Source of the DNA: an uncultured Nitrospira sp.
Lineage (GTDB): Bacteria > Nitrospirota > Nitrospiria > Nitrospirales > Nitrospiraceae
DNA length: 64,000 nt
Direction of reading: 5' to 3'
Assembly: GCA_964635345.1 (NCBI GenBank)
Contig: CAZWOX010000011.1
Span: forward strand, 13,213 to 77,212
In this document: positions 49,510 through 58,663 of the stretch, piece by piece
Layout: each line of letters starts with the position of its first letter
How positions within the stretch are numbered: the first letter of the stretch is position 1
Made by a program: the position numbers and the translations under genes
Notes under the pieces: model-generated
The model's input: only the letters and a program-made list of their open reading frames with translations
Told to the model about the DNA's origin: nothing
Databases searched by the model: none

Positions 49510-51261
49510 ATGCAAACTCTGGTTGAAACACTGCTCAAGAAGTTCCCGGACGCCGTACTCTCCGTCGATCTCGACACGGGCCGCGGTGAGATGGTCGCCC
49601 AGGTGCGCGCAGCGGACATGCTGACGGTCGCCCGCTACCTGCATGACACACCCGAGATGGCCTTCGACCATATCACCGATATCTGCTCTGCGGATTACCC
49701 CGCAGACCAGAATCGGTTTGAGGTGATTTATCATTTGCTGTCGCTGCCCCACGGCCGCCGGATCCGCGTGAAGGCCCGTGTGCCGGAGAACAACCCAGCC
49801 ATTCCGTCGGTGACCGGCGTGTGGCGCGGCGCAGAGTTCCTCGAGCGGGAAGTGTTCGACATGATGGGCATCACCTTTACCGGACATCCGGACCTCCGCC
49901 GGATTCTCATGCCGGAAGACTATGCCGAAGGCTACCCGCTCCGGAAGGATTTTCCCGCGGAGGGCCGCGGCTGGCGCAGCCAGTTCGACTTTATCCCGCG
50001 CCTCGACGAAGCGCCTGAAGGGATGGCCGAAGGCGAGTATTCGGACGCGGAAAAGAAACCGTTTATTTCCGCGAACGGCGCATCCGGATCGCGACGGCGG
50101 GAAGAACTGCTCTTGAACATGGGGCCGCAGCATCCCAGCACCCACGGCGTGTTGCGCGTCGTACTCGAACTCGACGGAGAACGCATCATCAAGGCGACCC
50201 CGGATCTCGGCTATCTCCACCGCGGCGTCGAAAAGCTGGCCGAAGGCCTGGCCTATATGCAGGTCATTCCCCATACCGACCGGCTCGATTATGTCTGCGC
50301 CATGGCCAACAATTACGCCTACGTCCGGGCCGTGGAAAAGCTGCTCGGCATCACCGTGCCCGAGCGCGCCGAATACATCCGCACGCTGGTGGCGGAGATG
50401 CAGCGCATCATCGGCCACCTGTTCTGGCTGGGCACCCAGGCGCTCGACATCGGCGCCATGACCGTGTTCTTCTGGACCTTCCGCGAGCGTGAGATTCTCC
50501 TGGATCTCTTCGAACAGCTCTGCGGCGCCCGCCTGACGCTCAATTATTACCGGATCGGCGGAGTCGACAGCGATTTCACGCCGGAGCTGGTCCTGCGGCT
50601 GCGCGCGTTCCTGAGCACGTTTCCGCAGAAAGTGGCCGAATACGATTCGCTCATCGCGTCCAACCGCATCTGGGTCGGGCGCACGAAAAATGTGGCCGTC
50701 ATTTCCGGAGAAGACGCGATCAATTTCGGCCTCACCGGTCCGACATTGCGCGGTTCCGGAGTCGGCTACGACATCCGCAAGCTGGAGCCGTACGGAGTCT
50801 ACGACAGGGTGGAGTGGGAAGTGCCACTCGGGAAACACGGCGACACCTACGACCGGTACTGGGTCCGGATGGAAGAAATGCGGCAGAGCGCGCGGATCGT
50901 CGCGCAATGCCTGGATCAGATGCCGCAGGGTCCCATCATGGCCGACGTGCCGCAATATATCCCGCCGCCCAAGCCGCAAGTGATGCGGGACATGGAAAGC
51001 CTGATCCACCATTTCATTATTTTTACGCAGGGGTTCAAGCCGCCGAAAGGCGAAACCTATTGCGCCACCGAAGCCCCGAAGGGCGAGTTGGGATTCTTCA
51101 TCATCAGCGACGGCAGTCCCCGTCCCTATCGATTGAAGATCCGTTCCCCCTCCTTTGTGCATATGGGCGCCTTCGACCACATGGCGAAAGGGTACTTAAT
51201 ATCCGACATCATCACGATCTTCGGCTCCTATGACATCGTGATGGGGGAGTGCGATAGATGA
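49510..51261 (+). CDS. nuoCD: Fused NADH-quinone oxidoreductase subunit C/D
   Basis: EREVFDMMGI..GHPDLRRIL..PLRKDFP (C); NMGPQHPSTHGVLR, GYLHRGVEK, DIVMGECDR (D). Confidence 0.96.
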   Translation: MQTLVETLLKKFPDAVLSVDLDTGRGEMVAQVRAADMLTVARYLHDTPEMAFDHITDICSADYPADQNRFEVIYHLLSLPHGRRIRVKARVPENNPAIPSVTGVWRGAEFLEREVFDMMGITFTGHPDLRRILMPEDYAEGYPLRKDFPAEGRGWRSQFDFIPRLDEAPEGMAEGEYSDAEKKPFISANGASGSRRREELLLNMGPQHPSTHGVLRVVLELDGERIIKATPDLGYLHRGVEKLAEGLAYMQVIPHTDRLDYVCAMANNYAYVRAVEKLLGITVPERAEYIRTLVAEMQRIIGHLFWLGTQALDIGAMTVFFWTFREREILLDLFEQLCGARLTLNYYRIGGVDSDFTPELVLRLRAFLSTFPQKVAEYDSLIASNRIWVGRTKNVAVISGEDAINFGLTGPTLRGSGVGYDIRKLEPYGVYDRVEWEVPLGKHGDTYDRYWVRMEEMRQSARIVAQCLDQMPQGPIMADVPQYIPPPKPQVMRDMESLIHHFIIFTQGFKPPKGETYCATEAPKGELGFFIISDGSPRPYRLKIRSPSFVHMGAFDHMAKGYLISDIITIFGSYDIVMGECDR

Positions 51262-51268
51262 GGCGTGA

Positions 51269-51351
51269 CGGCCAGGATGTTCCTGTGCTCGCTGCCCGCG
51301 CACGATGGGAATGTGCTCGGTCAATGCGCGCAGTTTGGAACATCCTAGCCG
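51269..51351. repeat. Intergenic palindromic (REP-like) element
   Basis: cggccaggatgttcc ... ggaacatcctagccg arms with an internal gcgcgca pairing segment. Confidence 0.55.
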
Positions 51352-51382
51352 CCGCTTCGGTGAAGGGACGTGGAGGGAGAAG

Positions 51383-51910
51383 GTGTTGAAGGAAAAGTAC
51401 GGAAAGGAAATCGAGGAGATTCTCTCCCGGTACCCCGTGAAGCGCTCCGCGCTGATCCCACTGCTCTACTTAGCGCAGCGGGATCAGGGCTATATTACCG
51501 AGCCGGCCATGAAAGAGATCGCCCGGCTGCTCGGCCTCACCCCCTCACAGGTGTATGAAACCGCGACCTTTTACACGATGCTGAATCTCAAGAAGGTCGG
51601 CACACACCATATCCAGGTGTGCAAGTCGCTCATGTGCGCGCTGGTCGGCTCGGATACCGTGATCGGATGGATCAAGACGAAACTCGGCATTGCCCCCGGC
51701 GAAACGACGGCGGACGGCCTGTTTACACTGACCGCCGTCGAATGTCTGGCCGCCTGCGGCACCGCGCCGATGATGCAGATCAATGACGATTATTATGAGC
51801 GGCTCACGGAAGAAAAGGTCGACAAAATCCTGGCAGACCTCCGGACCAACGGAACCAGCCCGTTGAAAAGCGGGCCCTATCTGTGGCCGGAACCGTTGAG
51901 AAACAGCTGA
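51383..51910 (+). CDS. nuoE: NADH-quinone oxidoreductase subunit E
   Basis: CKSLMC and ECLAACGTAP 2Fe-2S ligands; GTG start after ggaggga. Confidence 0.95.
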   Translation: MLKEKYGKEIEEILSRYPVKRSALIPLLYLAQRDQGYITEPAMKEIARLLGLTPSQVYETATFYTMLNLKKVGTHHIQVCKSLMCALVGSDTVIGWIKTKLGIAPGETTADGLFTLTAVECLAACGTAPMMQINDDYYERLTEEKVDKILADLRTNGTSPLKSGPYLWPEPLRNS

Positions 51911-51973
51911 CAAGTCGTCAAGCTGACAGGCTGACATCGGACCTTGTTAGCCTGCAACCTGTTACTTGTCAGC
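51906..51973. repeat. Inverted 8-bp-period repeat hairpin
   Basis: gctgacaa gtcgtcaa gctgacag gctgacat ... ttgttagc ctgcaacc tgttac ttgtcagc. Confidence 0.6.
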
Positions 51974-51984
51974 AGAGCACGAAT

Positions 51985-53292
51985 ATGCCGAAATACGAAC
52001 TCGTCCTTCTGAAAAATATGATGCAGCCCGGATACACCGGGTTGTTGGCGGACTACGAAAAGACCGGCGGCTATCAAGCCTTGCGCAATGCGCTCGGCAA
52101 AATCGCCCCGACCGACGTGACCGCCACGATCATGAAGTCCGGTCTGCGCGGCCGGGGCGGCGCCGGCTTTCCGACCGGCGTGAAGTGGGGATTTCTCCCG
52201 AAAGATTATCAAGGCCCGCGCTACCTCTGCTGCAACGCCGACGAGAGCGAACCGGGGACGTTCAAGGACCGGCAGCTCATGGAGCGGGATCCGCACCAGG
52301 TGCTCGAAGGCATCGTCCTGGCCTGCTACGCGATCGGGGCCCAGTCCGCCTACATTTATATCCGCGGTGAAATGGTGCTGGGATCTAAAATTCTGGAGCG
52401 GGCCATCGGGGAAGCCCGCGCCGCCGGATATATCGGCAAGAACATTCTTGGCACCGGCATTACAGTAGATGTGTGGGTCCATCGCGGCGCCGGCGCTTAT
52501 ATCTGCGGAGAAGAGACGGCGCTGCTCGAATCCCTGGAAGGCAAGCGCGGCCTCCCGCGGGTGAAGCCGCCGTTCCCGGCCACCCATGGCCTCTATAACA
52601 AACCGACCGTCGTCAATAACGTCGAGACGCTGGCCAATCTTCCGCATATTCTGTCCCGGGGACCGGAATGGTTCGCCGCCATCGGCTCGCCGCCCAAGAG
52701 CACCGGCACGCGCGTTTTCTGCGTCAGCGGCCATGTAAAACGCCCCGGCAACTATGAATTACCGATGGGTGTGACGATTCGTGAACTGGTGTTCGAACAT
52801 GCCGGGGGCATGCGATCGGACAAACCGTTGAAAGCGTTTATCCCGGGCGGAGCCTCGGCTCCGTTCCTGACGCCCGATCACCTGGATGTGAAACTGGATT
52901 TTGAATCCGTCGCAGCGGCCGGGTCGATGCTGGGCTCCGGCGGAGTCACGGTCATGGAAGAAGGCACCAGCATGGTCTGGGCCGCGCTTAGGTTGATGGA
53001 GTTTTTCTATCACGAATCCTGCGGCAAGTGCAGTCCCTGCCGGGAAGGCAGTTCCTGGCTCGTCCAGACGATGCGGCGGATTATGGCCAAACGCGGCCGG
53101 ATGCAAGACCTTGAAACCCTCACAGATCTGTGCAAGAACATCGCGGGCCGCACGGTCTGCGCCTTCGGCGATGCCGAGGTGTCGCCGATCATGAGCACCC
53201 TGAAACACTGGCGTCACGAGTACGTGACCCTGATTCACGAAGCCGAAGCAGCCAATTTGATCCGCCCGGAATCCGTCGGAGCCAGGCACTGA
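51985..53292 (+). CDS. nuoF: NADH-quinone oxidoreductase subunit F
   Basis: GLRGRGGAGFPTG, NADESEPGTFKD, GAGAYICGEET, ESCGKCSPCREG. Confidence 0.97.
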   Translation: MPKYELVLLKNMMQPGYTGLLADYEKTGGYQALRNALGKIAPTDVTATIMKSGLRGRGGAGFPTGVKWGFLPKDYQGPRYLCCNADESEPGTFKDRQLMERDPHQVLEGIVLACYAIGAQSAYIYIRGEMVLGSKILERAIGEARAAGYIGKNILGTGITVDVWVHRGAGAYICGEETALLESLEGKRGLPRVKPPFPATHGLYNKPTVVNNVETLANLPHILSRGPEWFAAIGSPPKSTGTRVFCVSGHVKRPGNYELPMGVTIRELVFEHAGGMRSDKPLKAFIPGGASAPFLTPDHLDVKLDFESVAAAGSMLGSGGVTVMEEGTSMVWAALRLMEFFYHESCGKCSPCREGSSWLVQTMRRIMAKRGRMQDLETLTDLCKNIAGRTVCAFGDAEVSPIMSTLKHWRHEYVTLIHEAEAANLIRPESVGARH

Positions 53293-53296
53293 GACT

Positions 53297-55963
53297 ATGC
53301 CGAATACGCCTGACACAGTTCGCGTGACGATCGACGGCCATACCATCGCCGTGCCCAAAGGCACGCTGGTGATCGAGGCCGCGCGGCGCGTCGGCGCGAT
53401 GATTCCGCATTTCTGCTACCACCCCAAGCTCAAGCCGGACGCCAACTGCCGCATGTGCCTGGTCGAAATCGAGAAAATGCCCAAACTCCAAACGGCCTGC
53501 AGCACACCGGTCGCCGAGGGCATGAGCGTCCGCACCGCCACGACGATTGTGAACGACGCCCATAAATCCGTGCTGGAATTCATTTTGGCGAATCATCCGT
53601 TGGACTGCCCCGTCTGCGACCAGGGCGGCAAGTGCGATCTCCAGGACTTTTCCCATCAGTACACCGCGACGACCAGCCGGTTCGTCGAGACCAAGCGCAT
53701 CTTCCAGAAAGACTATTTCAGCCCGTTGATCGAAACGCAGATGAACCGGTGCGTGCAGTGCCTGCGCTGCGTCCGGTATTGCGACGAAGTGATGGACGTG
53801 AAAGCCCTGGCCCCGGTCGGCCGCGGAACTATGACGGAGATCAAACATTTCGGCGCCCATCCATTGGACTGTGAGTTTTGCGGAGGCTGCGTGCAGATCT
53901 GCCCGGTCGGAGCGATCACCAGCCGGCTGTCCATGTATGAATACCGCCCCTGGATGCTGAAACGGGCCGACACGATCTGCGGTTATTGCGGCGACGGCTG
54001 CCGGATCACCGTCCAGGCCAAGAACAATGATTTGATCGAAGTGAACTCCGCCTACGGCGCCGGCCGCAACAACGGCGACCTCTGCGCGAAAGGGTTCTTC
54101 GGTTTTCACGCCACCAGCCATCCCGAGCGGCTCACGCATCCCTTGATCCGCAAAAACGGCACCCTCGTGCAAACCACCTGGGAAGAGGCGCTGGAGTTCA
54201 TTGCCGGGCAAGCCGGCGGGATCAAACAGGCCCACGGCGGCCAGGCTTTCGGCGGCCTGATTACCGGCCGTTGCACGAATGAAGAGCTGTATCTCTTCCA
54301 GAAATTCATGCGGCTAACGCTCGGCACCAACCATCTCGACAGCAGCGCCCGGTACGGGCAGATGAACAGCCTGCAGGCCATGCGCCGGGTGCAGGGCACC
54401 CATCGCTGGACCGTGACGTTCGAAGATCTCGGCGCCGCCGATGTCCTGCTACTGGTCGGGACGAACATCACGGAAACAAATCCGATCACCGGTCTCGCGA
54501 TCAAGGAAGCGGTCAAAAAACGCCGGGCGACGCTCATTACCATTGAATCGCTGCAACCGGCGATCGGCACGATCAGCAACATCGCGAATCTGTCGCAGCA
54601 CCATTTCTGCGTCTCACCCACTCTGTTCCGTACCGCCATCCTCGGCTTGCAGAAAGCGGTGGTCGAACAAAATCTTGTGTCCGCCGATCTGACGCAACAG
54701 CGAGCAAGCTTTGTGACTGCCGTCACGGCGCGGCTGCAACAACTGCCCTGGCAGGACGTCCAGACCGCGACGGGAGCGGGTCAGGAAGCCTATGCCGCCG
54801 CCGCGCAGGCGCTGGCCGAAGGAAAGCGCGTCGTCGTCGTCGTGGGACAGGGCCTCTTGCGCAGCGATCAGGGCTATGCCGGCGCTATGAATCTGCTGGA
54901 TCTGCTGCTCCTCCTGGGAAAACTCGACCAGCCGGGATGCGGTCTGGCTCCGCTGGCGGAAGAAAACAACGACCAGGGCGCAATCGAAATGGGCGCGGTC
55001 GCCGAATTCCTGCCGGGCCCCGTCGAGGTGACCGACAAGAACGGACGGGACCGGGCCGTGGACATTTGGAAAGAAGCGCCGCCGGCGACTGCGGGCCTGA
55101 CGCTGATCGACATGTTGGCGCGCGCCAAAGCCGGCCAGATCAAAGCGATGTTCATCGTCGGCGAGAATCCCCTGACCAGCCTGCCGGCACCGCTCCATGC
55201 GCGCGAGTCGCTCGAAAAATTGGACCTGCTGGTCTGCCAGGAGCTTTTTTTGACGGACACCGCCGCGCTGGCCCATGCGGTTCTGCCGGTCTGTTCGTCG
55301 CTCGAAAAAGACGGCACCTTCACCAATACGGAAGGCCATGTGCAAGCGGTCCGGCAAACCGTCGAACCGGCCGGCGAAGCCCGCCCGGATTGGGAAATCT
55401 TCTCGGCCCTCGCGGGGCTGCTCGGCGCGCCGCTGGACTATAGCGAGAGCCGCGAGATCCTGAAGGAGATCCGCAGCCTCATCCCGGGATACGGCTCGTT
55501 AGGACCGGCTCCGCTCCCCGCAAAAGTGGATCGCGCGGCGATGGATCGCTATCTCAGCCAAGGCTTTGAACGCGATCTCGCCGGACGCTATCAGATACCG
55601 CGCGCGCCGGCCCGGCCGGACGGAACCGTGCAGATCGAACTCGTGCAGAGCCTGTTCCATTCGGGCAAATTGTCGACCTGGTCGAAGGGCCTGATTCAAA
55701 TCGAAGGCCGGAGCTCCTTGCGGATCAATCCGCGCGATGCCACCCGATTTGCCCTGGTCGACGGCAACCGCGTCCGCCTCTCCAATTCACAGGGCGAAGT
55801 CACCGCGGAAGTCAAAGTCACGGACCGGGTGCCGGAAGGCCATGCCTGGTTCCCGGACCATTTCAGCCAGGAAGTGAACAAACTGTTTACGTGCGTGATG
55901 GATGCCGAGACCAGGGTGCCCTATATCCGGACGACCTCAGTCTCGATGGTGAAAGTGTCGTGA
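53297..55963 (+). CDS. nuoG: NADH-quinone oxidoreductase subunit G (long form)
   Basis: CYH..CRMC, HPLDCPVCDQGGKC, CVQCLRC, CEFCGGCVQICP, CGYCGDGC. Confidence 0.95.
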   Translation: MPNTPDTVRVTIDGHTIAVPKGTLVIEAARRVGAMIPHFCYHPKLKPDANCRMCLVEIEKMPKLQTACSTPVAEGMSVRTATTIVNDAHKSVLEFILANHPLDCPVCDQGGKCDLQDFSHQYTATTSRFVETKRIFQKDYFSPLIETQMNRCVQCLRCVRYCDEVMDVKALAPVGRGTMTEIKHFGAHPLDCEFCGGCVQICPVGAITSRLSMYEYRPWMLKRADTICGYCGDGCRITVQAKNNDLIEVNSAYGAGRNNGDLCAKGFFGFHATSHPERLTHPLIRKNGTLVQTTWEEALEFIAGQAGGIKQAHGGQAFGGLITGRCTNEELYLFQKFMRLTLGTNHLDSSARYGQMNSLQAMRRVQGTHRWTVTFEDLGAADVLLLVGTNITETNPITGLAIKEAVKKRRATLITIESLQPAIGTISNIANLSQHHFCVSPTLFRTAILGLQKAVVEQNLVSADLTQQRASFVTAVTARLQQLPWQDVQTATGAGQEAYAAAAQALAEGKRVVVVVGQGLLRSDQGYAGAMNLLDLLLLLGKLDQPGCGLAPLAEENNDQGAIEMGAVAEFLPGPVEVTDKNGRDRAVDIWKEAPPATAGLTLIDMLARAKAGQIKAMFIVGENPLTSLPAPLHARESLEKLDLLVCQELFLTDTAALAHAVLPVCSSLEKDGTFTNTEGHVQAVRQTVEPAGEARPDWEIFSALAGLLGAPLDYSESREILKEIRSLIPGYGSLGPAPLPAKVDRAAMDRYLSQGFERDLAGRYQIPRAPARPDGTVQIELVQSLFHSGKLSTWSKGLIQIEGRSSLRINPRDATRFALVDGNRVRLSNSQGEVTAEVKVTDRVPEGHAWFPDHFSQEVNKLFTCVMDAETRVPYIRTTSVSMVKVS

Positions 55964-56008
55964 GAAAACCATGTCGATGTTGACGGTCGCTAATCCAGGG
56001 GTGTCATC

Positions 56009-57085
56009 GTGACTGAACTCAGCTTGCGTCTCGCTGTCTCGCTTGCACAAATCGCCGCGGTCATGGGCATTGTGATGCTCACCGTGATGATCCTGACGCT
56101 CGCCGAGCGCAAAGTGCTCGGATGGATGCAGGATCGGATGGGCCCCATGGAAGTCGGCCCCTACGGCATTCTTCAGCCGATCGCCGACGGCCTGAAACTC
56201 TTCTTCAAAGAGGACATCGTCCCGGCCGGCGCCAACAAATTCATGTTCAGCCTCGCGCCGATTCTGGCGATGGTTCCGGCCCTGATCGGGTTTGCGGTCA
56301 TTCCCTTCGGCCCGAATGAAACCATCGAGTTGTTCGGGATGACGATCAAGCCCTTCGTCATCAGCGATATCAATATCGGCATCCTCTACATCCTGGCCTT
56401 TGCCTCGATCGGCGCCTACGGCATCATCCTGGGCGGCTGGGCCTCCAACAGCAAGTACTCGCTGCTGGGCGGACTCCGGTCGGCCGCGCAGATCATCAGC
56501 TACGAATTGAACGTCGGCCTGGCCATCGTGGGTGTGCTGATCATGGCCGGCTCGCTCAGTCTGGTGAAGATCACCGATGCCCAGACGGGCGGCTTCTGGC
56601 ATTGGTATGTGTTCGCCTTTCCAGCTCCGCAGATCTTCGCGTTCGTCGTGTATGTGATTTCAGCCGTCGCGGAAACGAACCGCGTCCCCTTCGACCTGCC
56701 GGAAGCCGAAAGCGAGCTGGTGGCCGGTTTCTTCACCGAATACAGCGGGATGCGGTTCTCGTTCTTCTTCATCGCGGAATACGCCAACATGGTGCTGGTG
56801 TCCTGCGTCGCCGCGGCCCTGTTCCTCGGCGGATGGAATGCCCCCTATCCCGGCACGATCCTCGCCCATATCGGACTGGAGCCCTTCGCCTGGATCGAAG
56901 GGGTCGCCTGGTTCACCGTGAAGGTGTACGGATTTCTGTTCCTGTTCTTCTGGCTGCGCGCGACGCTGCCGCGCCTGCGCTACGACCAGCTGATGAAGTT
57001 CGGCTGGAAGGTCATGCTCCCGATCGCGTTGGCCAACATCGTGGTGACGGCCGTCGCCATGTACATTTATAACCAGTTCAAATAA
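56009..57085 (+). CDS. nuoH: NADH-quinone oxidoreductase subunit H
   Basis: ERKVLGWMQDRMGP, AETNRVPFDLPEAESEL, RATLPRLRYDQLM. Confidence 0.97.
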   Translation: MTELSLRLAVSLAQIAAVMGIVMLTVMILTLAERKVLGWMQDRMGPMEVGPYGILQPIADGLKLFFKEDIVPAGANKFMFSLAPILAMVPALIGFAVIPFGPNETIELFGMTIKPFVISDINIGILYILAFASIGAYGIILGGWASNSKYSLLGGLRSAAQIISYELNVGLAIVGVLIMAGSLSLVKITDAQTGGFWHWYVFAFPAPQIFAFVVYVISAVAETNRVPFDLPEAESELVAGFFTEYSGMRFSFFFIAEYANMVLVSCVAAALFLGGWNAPYPGTILAHIGLEPFAWIEGVAWFTVKVYGFLFLFFWLRATLPRLRYDQLMKFGWKVMLPIALANIVVTAVAMYIYNQFK

Positions 57086-57099
57086 GACCGCCGAAGACG

Positions 57100-57660
57100 A
57101 TGGCTCAGACGACGACCACAGAGCGATTCATCGACTGGCTCAAGACCATGACGTTCTATGAACTTCTGGTCGGCATGAAGGCCACGATGTCGCATCTCAT
57201 TCACTACAAGCCCATCACGCTGCAATACCCGCATGAGAAGCGGACTCTGCCGGACAACTATCGCGGCATGCTCGCGCTCCTGCGCTACGACGACGGGACG
57301 GAGAAATGCGTCGGGTGCGATCTCTGCGAAGCGGCCTGCCCCTCGCGCGTCATTCGCGTGGTGAGCGCCGAAGTGCCGGGAGAACCGACGAAACGCTATT
57401 CCAAAGAATATTACATGGACATGACCCGCTGTCTGTTTTGCGGCATGTGCGTCGATGCTTGTCCGGTCGATGCCCTCGGCATGACCAGAGAGTTCGAGTG
57501 GGCGGTGTTCGACAAGCGCGACCTCCAGTTGAATAAGCAACAGCTGCTCGCCATCGGCGACCGGTCGTTCCTCGTTCGTGAGAAGCGGCTGGAGCTCCAG
57601 CATCCGAACGTCGCGTTCTTTAATGTAGCATTCAAGCACGTGCCGCAGAAACCAACTTGA
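57100..57660 (+). CDS. nuoI: NADH-quinone oxidoreductase subunit I
   Basis: CVGCDLCEAACP and CLFCGMCVDACP. Confidence 0.97.
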   Translation: MAQTTTTERFIDWLKTMTFYELLVGMKATMSHLIHYKPITLQYPHEKRTLPDNYRGMLALLRYDDGTEKCVGCDLCEAACPSRVIRVVSAEVPGEPTKRYSKEYYMDMTRCLFCGMCVDACPVDALGMTREFEWAVFDKRDLQLNKQQLLAIGDRSFLVREKRLELQHPNVAFFNVAFKHVPQKPT

Positions 57661-57760
57661 GGCCGGGCCGTTGATGCCGCCTCGCCTCCCCGACGGAGAG
57701 GCCGGGCTGTGATGAATCTGTGCCCGTCACCAGACGACGCACAGGGCCAGAGGGAAAGAC

Positions 57761-58276
57761 GTGGACCACTTGTTTTTCGGATATTTCGCCGGAGTCATCG
57801 CCCTAACGGCCGTGCTCGTCGTGGCGTTCAGAAACCCGATTTACAGTGCCCTCTCGCTGCTCATCATGTTTTTCCACGTCGCGGGGCTCTACGTGACGCT
57901 GCACGCCGAATTCCTGGCGGCCATCCAGATCATCGTGTATGCCGGCGCCATCCTGGTTCTGTACCTCTTCGTCGTCATGCTGCTCAATCTCAAGACCGAC
58001 GATCGTTACCACAGCCAGTGGCGGGCCGCCGCATTTGTCGGCGGGCCCCTGCTCATCGAATCCTTCGTGCTCCTGGCCGGCAGCCTGTCCGCCCCGCCCG
58101 CCGCCTTGCCGCGGGTGGATATCGCAACCGGGGACAACACGCTGGCGATCGGGGAAACGCTCTTTTCGACCTATTTATTTCCGTTTGAAGTGGCCTCGCT
58201 CATCCTGCTGGTGGCGATGATCGGCGCCATCGTGCTGGCGAAGCGAGACATAGGGGAAGTGAACAGTGATGGGTGA
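57761..58276 (+). CDS. nuoJ: NADH-quinone oxidoreductase subunit J
   Basis: [43 protein letters not shown]. Confidence 0.96.
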   Translation: MDHLFFGYFAGVIALTAVLVVAFRNPIYSALSLLIMFFHVAGLYVTLHAEFLAAIQIIVYAGAILVLYLFVVMLLNLKTDDRYHSQWRAAAFVGGPLLIESFVLLAGSLSAPPAALPRVDIATGDNTLAIGETLFSTYLFPFEVASLILLVAMIGAIVLAKRDIGEVNSDG

Positions 58277-58345
58277 TCAGTGATGCACGACCGACGCGGC
58301 GTATCGAAGAACATGCCCATCACTCATCACTCATCACTCATCACG
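58264..58345. repeat. Inverted pair of 7-bp tandem repeats
   Basis: cagtgatgggtgatcagtgatg ... ccatcactcatcactcatcactcatcacg. Confidence 0.8.
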
Positions 58346-58353
58346 AGATGACT

Positions 58354-58656
58354 ATGATTCCTGTGTCCTATTATCTGGTTCTAAGCGCGGTGGTCTTCCT
58401 GACCGGCGTCGTGGGTGTGCTCATCCGCCGCAACATCATCGCCATTCTGCTGTCGGTGGAATTGATGCTCAACGCCACCAACATCAACTTCGTGGCCTTC
58501 TCCGAGCATCTGCACGATCTGGGCGGACAGGTCTTTGTCTTTTTTGCCCTCACCGTGGCGGCCGCGGAAGTGGCGGTCGGATTGGCGATCATCATCGCCC
58601 TGCACCGGGCCAAAGACACGATCAACGTAGAGCAGTTCAATTTGCTGAAGTGGTAA
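58354..58656 (+). CDS. nuoK: NADH-quinone oxidoreductase subunit K
   Basis: [28 protein letters not shown]; start at 58348 or 58354. Confidence 0.96.
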   Translation: MIPVSYYLVLSAVVFLTGVVGVLIRRNIIAILLSVELMLNATNINFVAFSEHLHDLGGQVFVFFALTVAAAEVAVGLAIIIALHRAKDTINVEQFNLLKW

Positions 58657-58663
58657 CTCGACG

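Noticed and set aside
49309-51180. Long antisense ORFs (also 40376-41563, 4600-5775, 28671-29714, 32391-33428, 53189-54235)
   Set aside because: Shadow frames of well-supported genes in high-GC DNA, with no recognisable motifs.
53297-55963. Formate dehydrogenase or molybdoenzyme instead of NuoG
   Set aside because: Position between nuoF and nuoH and the N-terminal Fe-S motifs fit long-form NuoG; the expected Mo-ligand Cys/Sec position reads SARYG.
58273-58353. His-rich N-terminal extension on NuoK, and similar extensions on ORFs starting at 2082, 51305, 51883 and 7706
   Set aside because: They come from translating intergenic repeats (catcact gives HHSSLIT); downstream starts fit the known proteins better.
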